A stretch of 64,000 nucleotides of DNA from Octopus sinensis (lineage: Eukaryota): NCBI RefSeq assembly GCF_006345805.1, contig NC_043008.1, positions 73,222,001 through 73,286,000 of the forward strand. Direction: 5' to 3'. Below, one piece after another: positions 28,720-42,454 of the stretch. Made by a program: the position numbers and the translations under genes. Each line of letters starts with the position of its first letter. The first letter of the stretch is position 1. Under the pieces are notes generated by a model, which did not search any database, was not told the origin of the DNA, and saw only the letters and a program-made list of their open reading frames with translations.

Positions 28720-29330
28720 CAGGGTGTTCAGGCTAAATATGATGATTTTTTTAATGTCCCCTTCTTTCTGGAACTGTTAGATGTATTGGTGAACAACCAA
28801 TGCTGTTAGGAAGTACAAAGATTAAAGTTGTAGTTGCAAAAAGCTAGCTGACATGGAAGAGAGAAAACTATTTGAATATTGGAAAAGAGTTACTTGGATG
28901 ATTATGATTTGCACTGAGTATCAAAATGCTGGCATCGTGACTGTGGCTCAATGCTCTGAGAACATTGTAAAAGCTATAGGATGTGACATGGGCAGCTGCA
29001 ATGGTAACTGTAACGCTGTGGTCAACTGAAAGGACATGGTAGACATTCTGACTGCATTCATACACTGGAGTTCCATCAACTGATGAACAAGGTCTAGCAC
29101 TCTATTCAGATGGGTATGTGAAGCTGCTGGAAACTAGTGAATTACTGATTGGTGAGGGTAGCTGTTGGAACTCCATCTGTGTGTACAGCAGGATTCAGCT
29201 CCTTGCTATAGCTCTGGAAAAAGTCAGAAATAGTTGTTGGAGAATTTGTACGATTTCAGCAGCACCAATTTCTTGCTTTTAAATTCCTCCAAATGTAATC
29301 CCATGGATTACTATATGTGGGTCATGGATG
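28720..29330 (+). mobile_element. Decayed Tc1/mariner-superfamily transposon fragment
   Basis: cagggtgttcaggc terminus beside (TA)n; NSSKCNPMDYYMW matches SPDxNPxDYxxW of the catalytic domain. Confidence 0.65.
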
Positions 29331-29504
29331 GGACTGGGTGGCCAAGATTAAGGAGGCATTTAAAAGCGTTCATTGCATGTTCTGGGTTCCATAGCCATCA
29401 CGAGTCTGTGGCAGAATTTAATGTGCCTACTTTGAGTAAACTGTTATCTCCCAGTCATAATCAAGATGATATGTTTTGACTTTTTAAAATATTGTTTTGG
29501 TAGG

Positions 29505-29860
29505 TTCAGTACCACTGTGTGGCACCTTGGGTAAGTGTCTTCTACTATAGCCTCAGGCTGACCAAAGCCTTGTGAGTGGATTTGGTAGACAGAAACTGAA
29601 AAAAAGCCCGTTGTATATATGTATATATATACATCTGTGTGTGTGTGTGTTTGTGTGTCTATGTTTGTCCCCTTATCATCGCTTGGCAACTGATGCTGGT
29701 GTGTTTATGTCCCCATAACTTAGCAGTTCGGGAAAGGAGACTGATAGAATAAGTACTAGGCTTACAAAGAATAAGGCCTGGGCTCGATTTGCTCGGCTAA
29801 AGGTGGTGCTCCAGCATGGCCACAGTCAAATGACTGAAACAAGTAAAAGAGTAAAAAGAG
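29505..29860 (+). mobile_element. tRNA-derived SINE family A, 5'-truncated
   Basis: Homologous to 41584-41990. Confidence 0.8.
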
Positions 29861-30534
29861 AGAGTGGGATATTGTGTTTTCTTTTCTTTTTATGCAAATT
29901 GTCAAATTTAGCCCAAACACTGTGTGTATGGAGGGGGGAGCAGAGTATAAGTGTGTGTATGTGTATGTATCTTTGTGAGTTGTTTTGCTTATGTCCCCAT
30001 GACTTCGTGATTCAATGAAAGGAACCAAAGAAATAAGTTTTAAGGTTGATTTGTTGGATTAAATCTTTGAAGGTGTTGCCACAGCATTGCCATAGCACAA
30101 TGATTGCAACATTAAAATGATAAAAAATATGCATTCATGTATATGCTAATCCTCAATCACACACCCATACATACATGCGTGCACACACACACACAAATGT
30201 ATATGAACACACATGTAGACACTGTAAATATAATACCACACATGCAGCACAATAAATATACACCTTTTCACACACAAATTTAAACTCAACAAAATCAGCA
30301 ACCATGTGATGGAATCTTAAAGGTGTCAGGTAGAATGCTTCACAGGATGTATATTATGAATCCCTTTGTTATGAGTTCAAATCATTCATAAGTTAACTTT
30401 GTCTTCAATTTTTTTGCCAGATAATAACAGAAAAAGACAATCAAGAGTAGCGGACTAACAACACTGTAAGAATGTTGAATCAGATGTCTCATAGTATTTG
30501 TTCTGATTCTTTGCATACTGAGTTAATATCATAC

Positions 30535-30762
30535 CTTGGCCCAAGTAGGTGGCAGTATTGATCCGTCATCTAGATATATAACACTACCACTTGGCACTTG
30601 AGTACCTTCAGTGTGAGATGGGGGCTTTGCTATGTTGCAAGCATTCAAGCCAGAATTTTGGTTTGAGTATACATTCTTCTTTTTCTGCCAATTAGTCTCA
30701 AAAGCCCATGTAAAGGAAAATGAATTTTGCCAACCCTTCTTACTTAACGCATTGTCACACAT
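30535..30762 (-). CDS. Candidate exon ending ...GTQVPSGSVIYLDDGSILPPTWAK (phase 0 donor); 5' boundary uncertain
   Basis: Open frame 30762-30535 in unique sequence with donor AAG|gtatga. May start at the ATG at 30762 or at an internal acceptor (e.g. 30629). Confidence 0.5.
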
Positions 30763-31974
30763 ACTGCTTCAGCACAATCAAATAGGCATATTCTCTGTAT
30801 ATACCAACACAGCTGCACAAATACAATATATCTATTATCACTTATACAAATAAACATGTATCCATTATCACACATGCACAGTTTATAGATGTCATCACAC
30901 ACACATAACTAACTTCCTTTTCTTTCCATCTAACAAATCCACTTACATGGCTTTGGTTGGCTTGGGACTATAGTAGAAGACACTTGCCCATGTTGATATA
31001 CAGTGGGACTAAGCCCAAAATCATGTGGTTGGCAAGCAAGATTTTTACCACACGGCCACATCTGCACCTCCTCTGTGTGTGTGTGTATGTGGTATACATA
31101 CACACATGCATGTGTATACACACACAGACACTCTGTTGTGATGTTATAATGTGCTTGTATGTAGCCAAGCAATGAAAGATGAAATGAAGTGACCCAAAAG
31201 ATAGTGCTTTTGTACAAGTTTGTGATACATGTACACCAATATATCAGTTTAAATACTAGAGACACCTGATTGTTCATGTTCCATTGTTATTGCAGTTGAT
31301 ACAGCTTCTAATTGTCGCCATTGATGATACTGTTGCTGTTGCTACTGCTACTACTGTTACTACTATTACTGTTGTTATTGTTGCTATTACTCTAACCTGC
31401 TGTTGCAGCTGACATGAGAAGTATTCTCACTGTATCTCTTGCTGAAGCTTAAGACAGCCATTTTGACCTTGGCACCAACTTCTTATCTAGCAAGTTGCAT
31501 TCTGCATTTAATTAGGCTCAGCCAACACACCTGTCCCTCACCAACTCATTCCAGGTATCATGTTTAAATCACACACCTCAGAACAACAAGGTTTTAGCAA
31601 TGTATCCTCACTGGAATGTACAACTCTCCGAAATCCTCCCTGTTTCTGAGGACATCTGATATTCAACCTGAACATCAGTTATATGAATATAAGCAATCTT
31701 TGCGGAACTACCAATAATAATGATAATTTCTCTTGATTTCACTGCTTTCACAAATTCCCACGACACTCTGTCACCATCCAATTCCATTATTATGAATTTG
31801 AATTGGAAGCTTGAAAGATAGTGAATCTTTTATTTGCTGATGACACAACTATGGATGCTGTCCTTATGGATGCACTATAGTCAGTCTTTTGATAGAGACT
31901 CCATCTATGATTCCTCTGCTCAGCATAATAATAATAATAATCATAATAATAATAGTGATGATGATTTCAAATTT

Positions 31975-32420
31975 TAGCACACAAGTCCAGCAGTGTTGAG
32001 AGGTGGAAAGTTGGTTATATCAACTGCTGTACTTGATAGGTACTCTGTTTTATCAACCTTGAAAGGATGGAAGGCAAAGTTGGCCTTAGTTTGTACTCAG
32101 AACACAAAGAGCCAGAAGAAATGCAGGTAAGCATTTTGTCCAATGTGCTAATAATTCTACCAGCTCATTACCTTAATAATAACAATATTATTATCATCAT
32201 TCAATGTGCATTTTCCATGCTGGCATGGGTTGGACGGTTTGACAGAAGCTGACCAGCTGAAGGTTTGTTCAGTTTTCATGTCTGTTTTGACTTAGTTTCT
32301 ATGGCTGTATGCCCATCTTAATGCCAACCACTTTACAGAGGGTACTGGGTGCTTTTATGCAGCTCCAGTATGGATGCATTTTACATGGTACCAGCACTTA
32401 TGAGCCCGCAAGATTAGGGT
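31975..32420 (-). mobile_element. Adjacent decayed SINE family B (31975-32165) and RTE-type 3' UTR copy (32190-32420)
   Basis: Homology to 35695-35898 and to 2622-3085 respectively. Confidence 0.6.
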
Positions 32421-33769
32421 TGCTCAGCTGGAGAGGGTTGCAAGTGACAAGCCTGTATGCAGGGGCAACCAAACTTTACTTCATTTGGCCTGTTTTTTTC
32501 AGCAAACAGCCAGGAGTCTCAGTCCCTTATCATCCCCTCTTTGAGTCCCAACATTTGTAGTCCCTTTAATAAAACAGTAAAGATCCCCTTCAGTCATGAA
32601 TGTACATGAGATTGCACCTAGAAATTTTCCCTCTGAGGCACAAATCAGAGCAAGGTTATTTAAGGTTAACAAATGCCGTCACCACTCACTGTTTCTTTCA
32701 CTCTCTCACTTTCTCTCTCTCTCTTTCACTCTCTCTCTCTTTCTCTTTTACTTCCTCTCTGAAACATTTAAAAACACAAAGCAAATGTCGTCACCACTCT
32801 CTTTCTTTCTAACTCTCTCTCTTACTTTCCCTTTCTCTCTCCCTCTCTCCCTCTCACTTCCTCTCTGCCCTCCTCTCTCTCGCTTTGCCACTTCTTTGCT
32901 ACTCCTTATCTCCTAGCATACATTTAGTCCTTTTGGGACTTCTAGTCTTGCAATCTTCAAGGCACCAATCACTAGTGATGGTGGCATGACAAAAGGACCC
33001 AGTACATGCTGTAAAGTGGTTGACATGAGGAAGTGCATCCAGCTGAAGAAATCATAATGGAGCATGACACAGACTTTGGGCCCATTGGTTCTTGTCGAAC
33101 CATCTAACGCATGCCTGCTTGTAACATAGATGTTGAATGTTAAATGAGAATGAAGAATTCTTTAAATGAGGGCCTCAAGACTGGAATCTAACATAATTCT
33201 TTCAGCAAATCATCAACACTTTCAATGTGTCCTATTATATATATTAATTACACTTTTATAAACGGGTGCACTTTACTAATATTTCTTGCCCTATGGTTCA
33301 AAATAATTGAAGATGAGTAATAAGGAAGTCAATTCAGTAAGTTTTTACCGCCAAGCATATAATACTTTTTCCTTTTTATTCACTCGCTTTGTGTTCATAC
33401 AAACACACACATAAACATATACATGTGGGTATATACATATATATATATATATATAATCTCAGTATGTGTGTCTCAAATGTACACCTTACATGAAGAAAAC
33501 TATGGTACACAAATCAAATAATAGAGTACATCCTTGTGGGTTATATTTCATGCTACAGAATATTTACTAAGCATTCACTAAAAGACAAATAAAATTTATC
33601 TATCACTTTCTGATGGTTGTGGTGATTTAGGAGAGTTGTTAGAGCACTGGAAAAATGTCTTGCAGTATTTCTTCTGAGTCTTTATCTCTTGTCTTCTGTC
33701 CTTTCAAGGGTTGATATGATAAAGTACTAGTAAATTTCAGACCTTGTATCTATATCAGATAGGTTTATC

Positions 33770-34450
33770 ATTATCATTATTAATAACAGTATTCAATATT
33801 GTGATGTTGTAGGTTGAAGATATTGTTTTTTCTGGGGGGTTGTACTGTCTGTCAAGTCACAAGTACTGCAGACAGACAGAACTTTATGCAATATGTGTGC
33901 AGTTCCAAGCAAAGCCAATTTTTGCAATGCACCAAGATCGTAGGTTATTTTTAAAATGTCCAGATGTTTCTTCAGGTTGAGCAGCATTGAACCCAATGCT
34001 CTGATGACAACAGGGACAACCTTTATGTCTGACTCTCACAGAAGTCACATCTTGGTGATCTCAGTTCTCTGGTCTCCATGTTTATGAAGCTGTTCTCTTT
34101 CTATCATGATAACATATTGATCTCCTGGCACTGCCAAATTGATTATTAGGTACTCTTGTTTGTCTCTCCTAAAGGTTACTATATCCGGCATTTGGTGCTC
34201 TAACACTTTGTCTATCAGGCAGTCAAAGTCCCAGAGATTCTTTGCCTTTTCATTTTCATCCATTAACTTTTCTAGTGTTTGTTGTAACAAAGTAACCATT
34301 ATCTTGTAGCCATACCTTCAGCATAGTAACCAGTGAAAAATTTTGGCATACCTTGCTGTGTCTGTGCTTGTAGTCTTTCTGCATAAAGCTTTCACAAGCA
34401 CAAAAAATGTGAGTCATGCTTCGACCCTCTTTCCACACATTCAGCAGAGG
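33770..34450 (-). mobile_element. R4/Dong-like RLE LINE 3' fragment (second subfamily)
   Basis: HIFCAC..DYKHRHSKV; LWDFDCLIDKVLEHQMPDIV..IINLAVPGD; LQKLALLGTAHILHKVL. 3' end runs into a TAA/TGA-type repeat. Confidence 0.85.
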
Positions 34451-34591
34451 ATCATTGCATTTGTGTGGTATATATCCCTTTTTTCACTGAATTGGTATTC
34501 AGTACCTGGTTCTGGGCAGTGAGGATTAGGCTTTCAGTTATTATTGTTATTATTATTATTATTATTATTATATTATTATTATTATAATTTT

Positions 34592-35090
34592 TGAGTGAGA
34601 GAGCAGTGCATGCCATCAAAGTGATGCTGGGGTTAAATATACGAAGCCCAGTATACCCATCATGACTACCCGTCTGATAAGGGTACACCAGGCACATGCA
34701 TCACAACTGTATGTGCACGACAGGGTGATATATCAAGATAAACAGCGCATGACCTTGCAGGTGGGACCCAGTTAGAATTTTCTTCTGGTCGAGTAGCCCA
34801 TCCCACTCAAAAGGTCCCTGAATAAGGATTTTTTAAGGATGTTGAACGAACCACCCATGTTTCCAAAGGTGAATTATCCAAACCTCTAAGAATTCCTTTC
34901 AACACATGGCTATGATACTCCCCCACTACTTCTGCTCATGATCAGAGATGCACATATCATCAGCCACTAAGAGGCATGCTCAACTGGTTAAGGTCAAACA
35001 ACTGACAAGCAAATCCGTGGTATTGAGCAGAATACTTGCTGTAGCCCATCTTTTATACCAAGACAAAACAATGTACGTGATAACACTTCC
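34592..35090 (-). mobile_element. (TAA)n-tailed non-coding retroposed repeat; truncated second copy at 35143-35235
   Basis: Two copies begin gagagagca(g/c)tgcatgccatcaaagt..tatacccatcatgacta; each abuts an (ATT)n tract. Confidence 0.7.
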
Positions 35091-35091
35091 A

Positions 35092-35131
<40 letters not shown>

Positions 35132-35694
35132 TATCATTATTATTGAGAGAGCACTGCATGCCATCAAAGTAACACTGGGGTAAAATATACAACGTCCAGT
35201 ATACCCATCATGACTATCCATCTCATAAGGGTACAACAGGAACAGTATGAAAGAAAGACTTCTTGCTGTAGAGAAGCTGCATGACTACTCCCATTTAAGG
35301 AGAGAAGGGGAAAGTGATAAGGGGGAGCTGAAAAGCAATAAATGTAATGATGATGATGAAGTAAGCAGTTGAACCTTCAAGCTATGAGGTAGGTAAGAAT
35401 GAGGGGGGGGCAGAGGAGCCAGGTGTGAGTTGGGGGTAGTGGATGTCTAATAGTGCAGAGCAGCAAAATATAAATGATGGTATAGTAAACAGAGAGATGA
35501 TATGCTGTTGGGTAGTTTGCAGGAGTGACTGGGAAGCAGCATAGTGAGTGAGGAGAGTGAGACATGAGGTGAAGAGATAATTTGATGGCACAGTAGTAGA
35601 GATCAATGAAAATGTGGATGGAAAGATGAGTATCAATGGATAAAAGATGGATAACAAGTGAAGTGGATAGTAAGAAAGAAAATATTCTTTTCTA

Positions 35695-35898
35695 CTCTAG
35701 GCACAAGGCCCGAAATTTCGGGGAAGAGGGGCAGGCAATTAGATCGACCCCAGTACACATTTGGTATTTAATTTATCGACCCCAAAAGGTTGAAAGGCAA
35801 AGTCGACCTTGGTGGAATTTGAACTCAGAACATAAAGAGACAAACTGCTGCAAAGCATCTCGCCTGGTGTGCTAACATTTCTGCCAGCTCGCTGCCTT
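35695..35898 (-). mobile_element. tRNA-type SINE family B
   Basis: Minus strand aaggcagcgagctggcagaaatgttagc (A-box-like)...ctgagttcaaattcc (B-box-like)...gggccttgtgcctagagtagaaaaga. Further copy at 56258-56470. Confidence 0.8.
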
Positions 35899-36189
35899 AA
35901 TAAGAAAGAAAATATTAAGAAAGAACTGCAGTTAAGAAGGCAGTTTGATGGTTATAGTACTAGTAGATATTTTGAGTAGAAAAAAAATTGGATGAATGGC
36001 CCCAGATGTACATATGTATATACACACGTACATACATACATGCACACACACACACACATACCTACATTTACACATACACACACACATACATGCACATGCA
36101 AACACACAGATACACATGCACATGATTCTGCCAGAACTCAGGTTTGCTGAAGTGGGTGCACCTTCTCAAGAACCAGATACTGTCAGCCA

Positions 36190-36375
36190 ACCCAGTCCTA
36201 TGCAACCACTTCTGTAAGATCCTGAGATCAATTTTCACTATCTCATCCCTTGTCTTCCTGGCTCTTCTTCCACAAGGTCCAGCCATATTTGATGACTGGC
36301 ACTTCTTTATGTAGCTGTCCTCATCTTTACGTATTGCATGTCTATACCAGTACAGTCTTCTTTCTTGCACACACA
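36190..36375 (-). mobile_element. RTE LINE C-terminal fragment
   Basis: VQERRLYWYRHAIRKDEDSYIKKC..GRRARKTRDEIVKIDL. Confidence 0.8.
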
Positions 36376-37106
36376 TACACACATATGATATTCTTCTTTT
36401 AGTTTTTGTCTACCTAATCCACTCACAAAGATACTTGCCCAAGATGTCATGAAGTGGAACTGAAACTGGAACCATGTGATTGGGAAGCAAGCATCTTATC
36501 ACACAGCCTTGCCTGCACCTACATTCATCTTTCAGAATTAGTCAAGGTATGCATGTATTGAAAAATTCAAACCTTAAAACTATGTTCCATTAATCCAATG
36601 AAAATCTTTGGTCTCAAATTGTTACTTGGTTATACTTTAATACATTATACTAATGACTTTACCAGACAATTCTCATAAACTAGCATTTATAAGTATTGAC
36701 ACAGTTACAGATAGTTAGATGGGGTAAATTAATTGTTCTACAAAACTATGCATGTGTGTGCATAAAATTTTCCAATGAATCTGGTTGTTGTCAATTGTAA
36801 CCTTTTCCCCCAAAAACATACAATCATATCTAATCTCCTTAACTTCTCTATAAACGCTTGGAGGTTACAAAGAAATGAATCCTGCTATGATGTATCTATA
36901 TGGAAACATTTGATGCTTTATTCAATCACAAAATTGGGAGATCTCTATAAAAATAAAACCTGAACTGTTCTATTTAATATGAGAAATTTCATTGCACAAT
37001 CTAAAGACAAATATTCAGAGCAAGTTAATACATTCACATCATGTTTGTTACATATGTGACTTTTAGAACAGTTATGGATTAGTATATTTACCCCTTCCAA
37101 TCTTAC

Positions 37107-37138
37107 CCTCCACTTTCAGTTGTATCTGACAATACTGA
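37107..37138 (-). CDS. Candidate 32-nt micro-exon (phase 2-1, DQYCQIQLKVE)
   Basis: ctcttcttttctgacctag|TCAG...GGAGG|gtaaga; phase-compatible with the exon at 37435-37610. Confidence 0.35.
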
Positions 37139-37434
37139 CTAGGTCAGAAAAGAAGAGTTCTATTTTCAACCATGCACATCTTGGACACTGCTTCCACCAT
37201 CACTATTGCAACAAATGATCCGAAATTCTGATTGGAGATATTGTGATTGAACCAGGATTAAACTTTTTCACTCTGCTGCTATGCTTGTTCAAACTGCTGA
37301 TAATTTGACTGACACCCCTAATGTATGGGTCACTGTTGAATATGCTCTACTTACTCAGTATTTGTTGAGCAGCTTTGAAAACTTAATTATTTGAATCCAT
37401 AATCTTTGAGATGTTGATATCACTTTCTACTTAC

Positions 37435-37610
37435 TCTCCATAATTACTTATAGGAAAATTAGTGTTGGAACAACTCATCACTGAAGACTGTAATTTTGGA
37501 TTTGTACTTGCAACTCTTGTGGCAATAAAGTCTCTTAATTTCTTTTCCATACTGTGTGGGTTTAAAAGCAATACATTTTTCTTTTTTCTGCTTGAAGTAT
37601 GAAGTAAACA
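37435..37610 (-). CDS. Candidate exon (176 nt, phase 0-2): CLLHTSSRKKKNVLLLNPHSMEKKLRDFIATRVASTNPKLQSSVMSCSNTNFPISNYG
   Basis: tatatttctcatttgcag|TGTTTA...GGAGA|gtaagt; a single frame open end to end. Could also be a UTR exon. Confidence 0.55.
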
Positions 37611-38679
37611 CTGCAAATGAGAAATATAAATTGCTTCCTCATATTTACTATCACTGTAGAAGAAGAAAAAAGAGGAGAAAAAAGAAGGAAAAGGAGTAGG
37701 AGACTAATATTAAGGTTGGAGGGTAGAATATGTGAAAGTAAAATGATTAGAGAAGGAACTATCTGCCTGTGGCAAGTAGACATCAATAAATGAACACAAT
37801 GTTCTGAAGGTACCCTCACAATTGGCAGGTTTCTGAAAGGGGCACTAAAAGAAAATAAATAAAATAAAATAATAATGATGAGAGAGATTTATACTCTGAA
37901 CATAATTCTAGACATTATTATTCCAACATTATCAACTGAAGGAAAATGATTAGGTTGCAGTCAGAATAAAGTTTTCATTCTTCATTTTCTTCATTTATGT
38001 CTTTTTATATCTGATTTTTAGATTTTACAGTTCTTCCTTTCTCCAATACAGACCCTAATCATACTTGAATAGTATATTTCAGTTCAATAATTGATTATTA
38101 TTATTATTATTATTATTACTTTTTTTCTTACTTCGTTTGTTATTTCTTGTATTTTTATATTTTCCTTTTTTGGTTTCTATTTTTTTGAAGATAACGGTGA
38201 CGATAAACCAAAATCTGTTCCACACTGACAGAAAGTCACTAGGAAGGAATCTACTATAAGACATTTCGCTAGAATACTTTTTATTGTTACCCTTTTTTTA
38301 TGAGCAATCTTCTTTTTTTCTACTTTCATAATCCTGGCATATTTCCTCTCTTTTGATTAGTCATTCAATAGAAAAGACATCTATCCTCTCTCTCTCTCTT
38401 TCCCTCCCTTGAGCTTGTTATATTACATACTCTTTTCTCTCCTACTTTCTCACTCTTTCTCATTTCCTTGTCACTCTTTTCACTTTCCCCCTCTTTTCTC
38501 TCTGTCAAAGTACTTTTGTTGTATCAATGCTTCCAACGTCTGTTCATTCTATCTCCTATCGTAAGCAATATAATTAGACTTTTCAACCATCAATAACAGC
38601 AGTTGTTTGCATGAAATTCTGATTATCATCTCTGACCTATGATTTAGAAATATCTCTATCTCTCTCTTGCTCTATCTAC

Positions 38680-38686
38680 CAATCTG

Positions 38687-38754
<68 letters not shown>

Positions 38755-38755
38755 A
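38680..38755. repeat. (CTAT)n microsatellite
   Basis: Direct reading. Confidence 0.95.
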
Positions 38756-39981
38756 CATTCACTTGATCTTTCAATATATTTATCTTTCTCTTCCCTCACT
38801 CCTCAACCAGTAACTATTGGGAATTAATATCAAAACCATCAAATTAATCCTAGATCTAACCAAGGAGACATTACCAGCTAAACGATTAATAAAATACTTA
38901 TTAATTAAGATTTAACTAATTGGATGTTATTATATAGTCACATGTAGAATTATCTTTGAGAATTTAAGTATAATTGTTTTCTGAGTATTGTTCTACATAA
39001 TACAACCAGATGATAACCAATTGCTAAGCTATTTCTAAACTGAATTAGAAATATCAGTGACAGAGAGGTGTTACCACTGCTAAAGGTTTAATTAATTCCT
39101 TGTTAGAATTAGTTTAGATTTGCAGGCAGACAGGACTCACTCCAATTCAATACATTCATTTACCAGATTGATTATAGAAGAGAGAATGTCTCAAGAGGTG
39201 AGTCATTCTATATTCTTTACAAATCTTTAAACTCTGTAAAGATTCATAGAAAAGCTCTCAGAATTTGGAAGCTACAAATATTTTAATTAATTACAGTGAA
39301 ATATATATCAATAATTATCAAATTATATCTGAAGGGATAGTTCAATGTAGAGTAGGGTACAATTATATAATCTTTGGCAAATTATATTTTGAAATGTAAT
39401 ACCATGAATCTATCTATCTATCCATCCATCTACAGTGCTGTTAGAATTTAGCTATATTTCCCTTCCATGGATTGTAAATGCAAGATATGTAGAAAAGCAA
39501 CTTTAATATTCAGAATGGGGCTAAATTGTAAAGCAAGGGTTTGCATACAAACCATTCAAATAGGCAGTGCAACATATAGTAATTAATAAAATTATATATC
39601 TAGACATGCATGTCTACAATCAATAGGCTCTAAATGTACTTGATCATCACAATACTCTGTAGAAGAAAAGCTTAGCCAGTATTTTATAACCAATTGGGAA
39701 TTTCTGTAAATCTGAACAATGTTGTTTACTATCAAATAAAAATGTAAATGGAATAAGATGGAACTGTCAAGCACGTGATATCTCACCACTCATTTATATA
39801 TGTGCATGTGTGTGTGTGTGTGTATGTGTGTGTGCATGTGTATGTGTGCATGTGTATGTGTGCATGTGTGTGTGCATGTGTGTGTGTATTTGAAACTGAA
39901 TAGTTGGCAAAATACTCTATCATACAGAGTTGATTTGAGAGCAAAATAAATGTAACACATGAAGTGTTTAACACTCACACA

Positions 39982-40019
<38 letters not shown>

Positions 40020-40073
40020 TTCCCAACCCCACATATACATACATATACCTGTATGTGCAAAAAGAAAATAAAG

Positions 40074-40107
<34 letters not shown>

Positions 40108-40186
40108 TAATATATAAATATATGCATATATTCATACATATATCTACATACCTACATATATATGTATATATACATGCATATATGTG

Positions 40187-40720
40187 TACAGGACATCAAA
40201 AAGACGTTGATCACAATGAGAAACAAAAACATGGAAACAAACTATTTTTTAAACAACGAAAAAAACAGAGTGCAAGACATGCAACACAAGGAATATTCTC
40301 CTTCTTCAGTTGTCCCTGTTTCATTTACCCCACGTTTTGAAGGTAAGGACAAGACACAACTTTGTTGAACCAGTCCTTCCTGCAAAGCAAATTAAATAAA
40401 ATTTGGGATTTTTTCGGTGGGTGAAAGTGGTAACAAGAACAGGACAGTGAGAACAAAACAGTAAAAACAAACGATGAGGGCTGTCAAGCCAAGACAATGG
40501 AAAAATTATTCTAAACACTTTAAGCAGATGAGCTTATGAAGAGACAGGATAAGCCCTTTAGTCTTTTTGAAGGTAGTAGTCAGAAAGATTGATTCCCTCT
40601 CATCACGTGTCAGTAAAGAGAGTGTTGAGGAGGAGTAAGAGAGAGGAGAAGAATAGGGAAGGGTGAAAGAGAAAACCAGAAAGGATGAAGAACAAGAGAG
40701 GGAGTAGCTCTATATATATA
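40187..40720. mobile_element. Second copy of the PLE-LTR-like dispersed repeat (see 15975-16640)
   Basis: Block-by-block similarity to 15975-16640. Confidence 0.7.
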
Positions 40721-40743
40721 AACAGCAAAACGTCTGTGTGTGT

Positions 40744-40779
<36 letters not shown>

Positions 40780-40780
<1 letters not shown>

Positions 40781-41083
40781 CCTTTATACAAATCCACAAT
40801 TTTTCAGTTAGAGGGCTCGCACTCTCTGTGGTCATTCAACACCGTCCAAGGGTGGTCGTGCACATCTTTACATTTCCCCAGTCAACCTGCAAAGCCATTA
40901 AAAAATCAATAGAAGTGACTTTTTTGTGAATTTTTTATCCAAAACCCAAACAAAATGCTCGAAACTTGATGCGCCAACTGAATTCCAGCTAGCTGTATGT
41001 GATTGGTCAGAGATTTGGACAGTACTCGCGTGTATGTGCATGCACTAGCACTATGACCCAGTGTTACCGTGTCATAGTGCTAG
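40780..41083 (+). mobile_element. Probable non-autonomous Helitron-type element
   Basis: Starts TC after A; ends CTAG with a 13-bp inverted repeat ctagcactatgac / gtcatagtgctag (41045-41083). The 3' flank is C rather than the expected T. Confidence 0.45.
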
Positions 41084-41105
41084 CATATATATATATATAT
41101 ATATA

Positions 41106-41213
41106 CTTTATTTAAAGCAGCAGAAAATTCAACAAAACCTGTTGAAAAAATTTTTTTATATAAAACAACTTTTTCAACAGGTTTTGTTGAATTTTCTGCT
41201 GCTTTAAATAAAG
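41106..41213. repeat. Fold-back palindrome with 44-bp perfect arms
   Basis: ctttatttaaagcagcagaaaattcaacaaaacctgttgaaaaa (41106-41149) is the exact reverse complement of 41170-41213. Confidence 0.95.
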
Positions 41214-41583
41214 CATATTACTCTACCACTGGTATTTGAGTACTCTTTTATCCACCTTGTTTCACATTTATGTGTTTACTCCGGTATATATATATATATT
41301 AAATACTATACATTTTTGATTTATTAGAATAATTTCTGCTTCCAGAGAAGGTGAAGCAGTTGCCTGGTGGTGACTGGGATTGACTCCAGAAGAGAAAGGC
41401 TGACAGTCTCAAGTATCAAAAGTTCTAGAAAACTGACATGCCAATAAAGAAAAGACAAGTTGTATTGTCCAGAGACAAGTGGATAGATATGCATACATGT
41501 TGCTGCCTCAATGGGCATCATCAACACAGTAGTCATTCCATTCTATCCTCAGTAGCCGGCATATTTATATACACAAAGGTACA

Positions 41584-41739
41584 GGAGTGGCTGTGTGGTA
41601 AGTAGCTTGCTTACCAACCACATGGTTCCGGGTTCAGTCCCACTGTGTGGCACCTTGGGCAAGTGTCTTCCACTATAGCTTCGGGCTGATCAAAGCCTTG
41701 TGAGTAGATTTGGTTGACGGAAACTGAAAGAAGCCCATC

Positions 41740-41771
<32 letters not shown>

Positions 41772-41990
41772 ATATATGTTTGTGTGTCTGTTTTTGTACC
41801 CCCAACATCGTTTGACAACCGATGCTGGTGTGTTTACATCCCCGTAACTTAACGGTTTGGAAAAAAGAGACTGATAGTATAAGTACTAGGCTTACAAACA
41901 ATAAGTCCTGGGGGCGATTTGCTCGACTAAAGGCGGTGCTCCAGCATGGCCGCAGTCAAATGACTGAAACAAATAAAAGAATAAAAGAAT
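41584..41990 (+). mobile_element. tRNA-derived SINE family A, full length, with central (TA)n(TG)n
   Basis: A-box-like tggctgtgtggtaag, B-box-like ggttcagtccc, gcaccttgggcaagtg core, tail gactgaaacaa(g/a)taaaaga. Confidence 0.88.
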
Positions 41991-42119
41991 AAACAAAAAT
42001 GAATAAGCATGTTTATGGAGGAGGGAAAATTAAGCAAATGAAATTGAGAATTAGCAAAGAGGGCACTGAGGAGTGGCCAGCAGCATATATTGAACAACAA
42101 TAATAAATACTGGCACACC

Positions 42120-42430
42120 ATCAGTTACCAGAAGTGCTCTATCTGACCTGATCAATGGAACATCTTGTTCATGAAACTAACATGCAAGTGGCTGAGTACT
42201 CCACAGACACACATATCCTTAATGTAGTTCTCTCTCAGGGAGATTTATCATGATACAGAATGTGACAATGCAGGCCCTTTGAATTACAGGTACAATTCAG
42301 TTTTGCCAGCTGAGTGGATTGGTGCAATGGGGAAATAAAGTGCCTTGCTCAAGGACACAATGCACCACCAAACATCAAACACACAACCTTACAATCATGG
42401 ACTAAATACCCAAACCACTAAGCTACACAC
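42120..42430 (-). mobile_element. SINE family C; further copies at 45000-45240 and 58200-58490
   Basis: gaaataaagtgccttgctcaagg...ctaaccac motif shared among copies. Confidence 0.7.
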
Positions 42431-42454
42431 TGTCACATAAATAAAAATGAAGGT

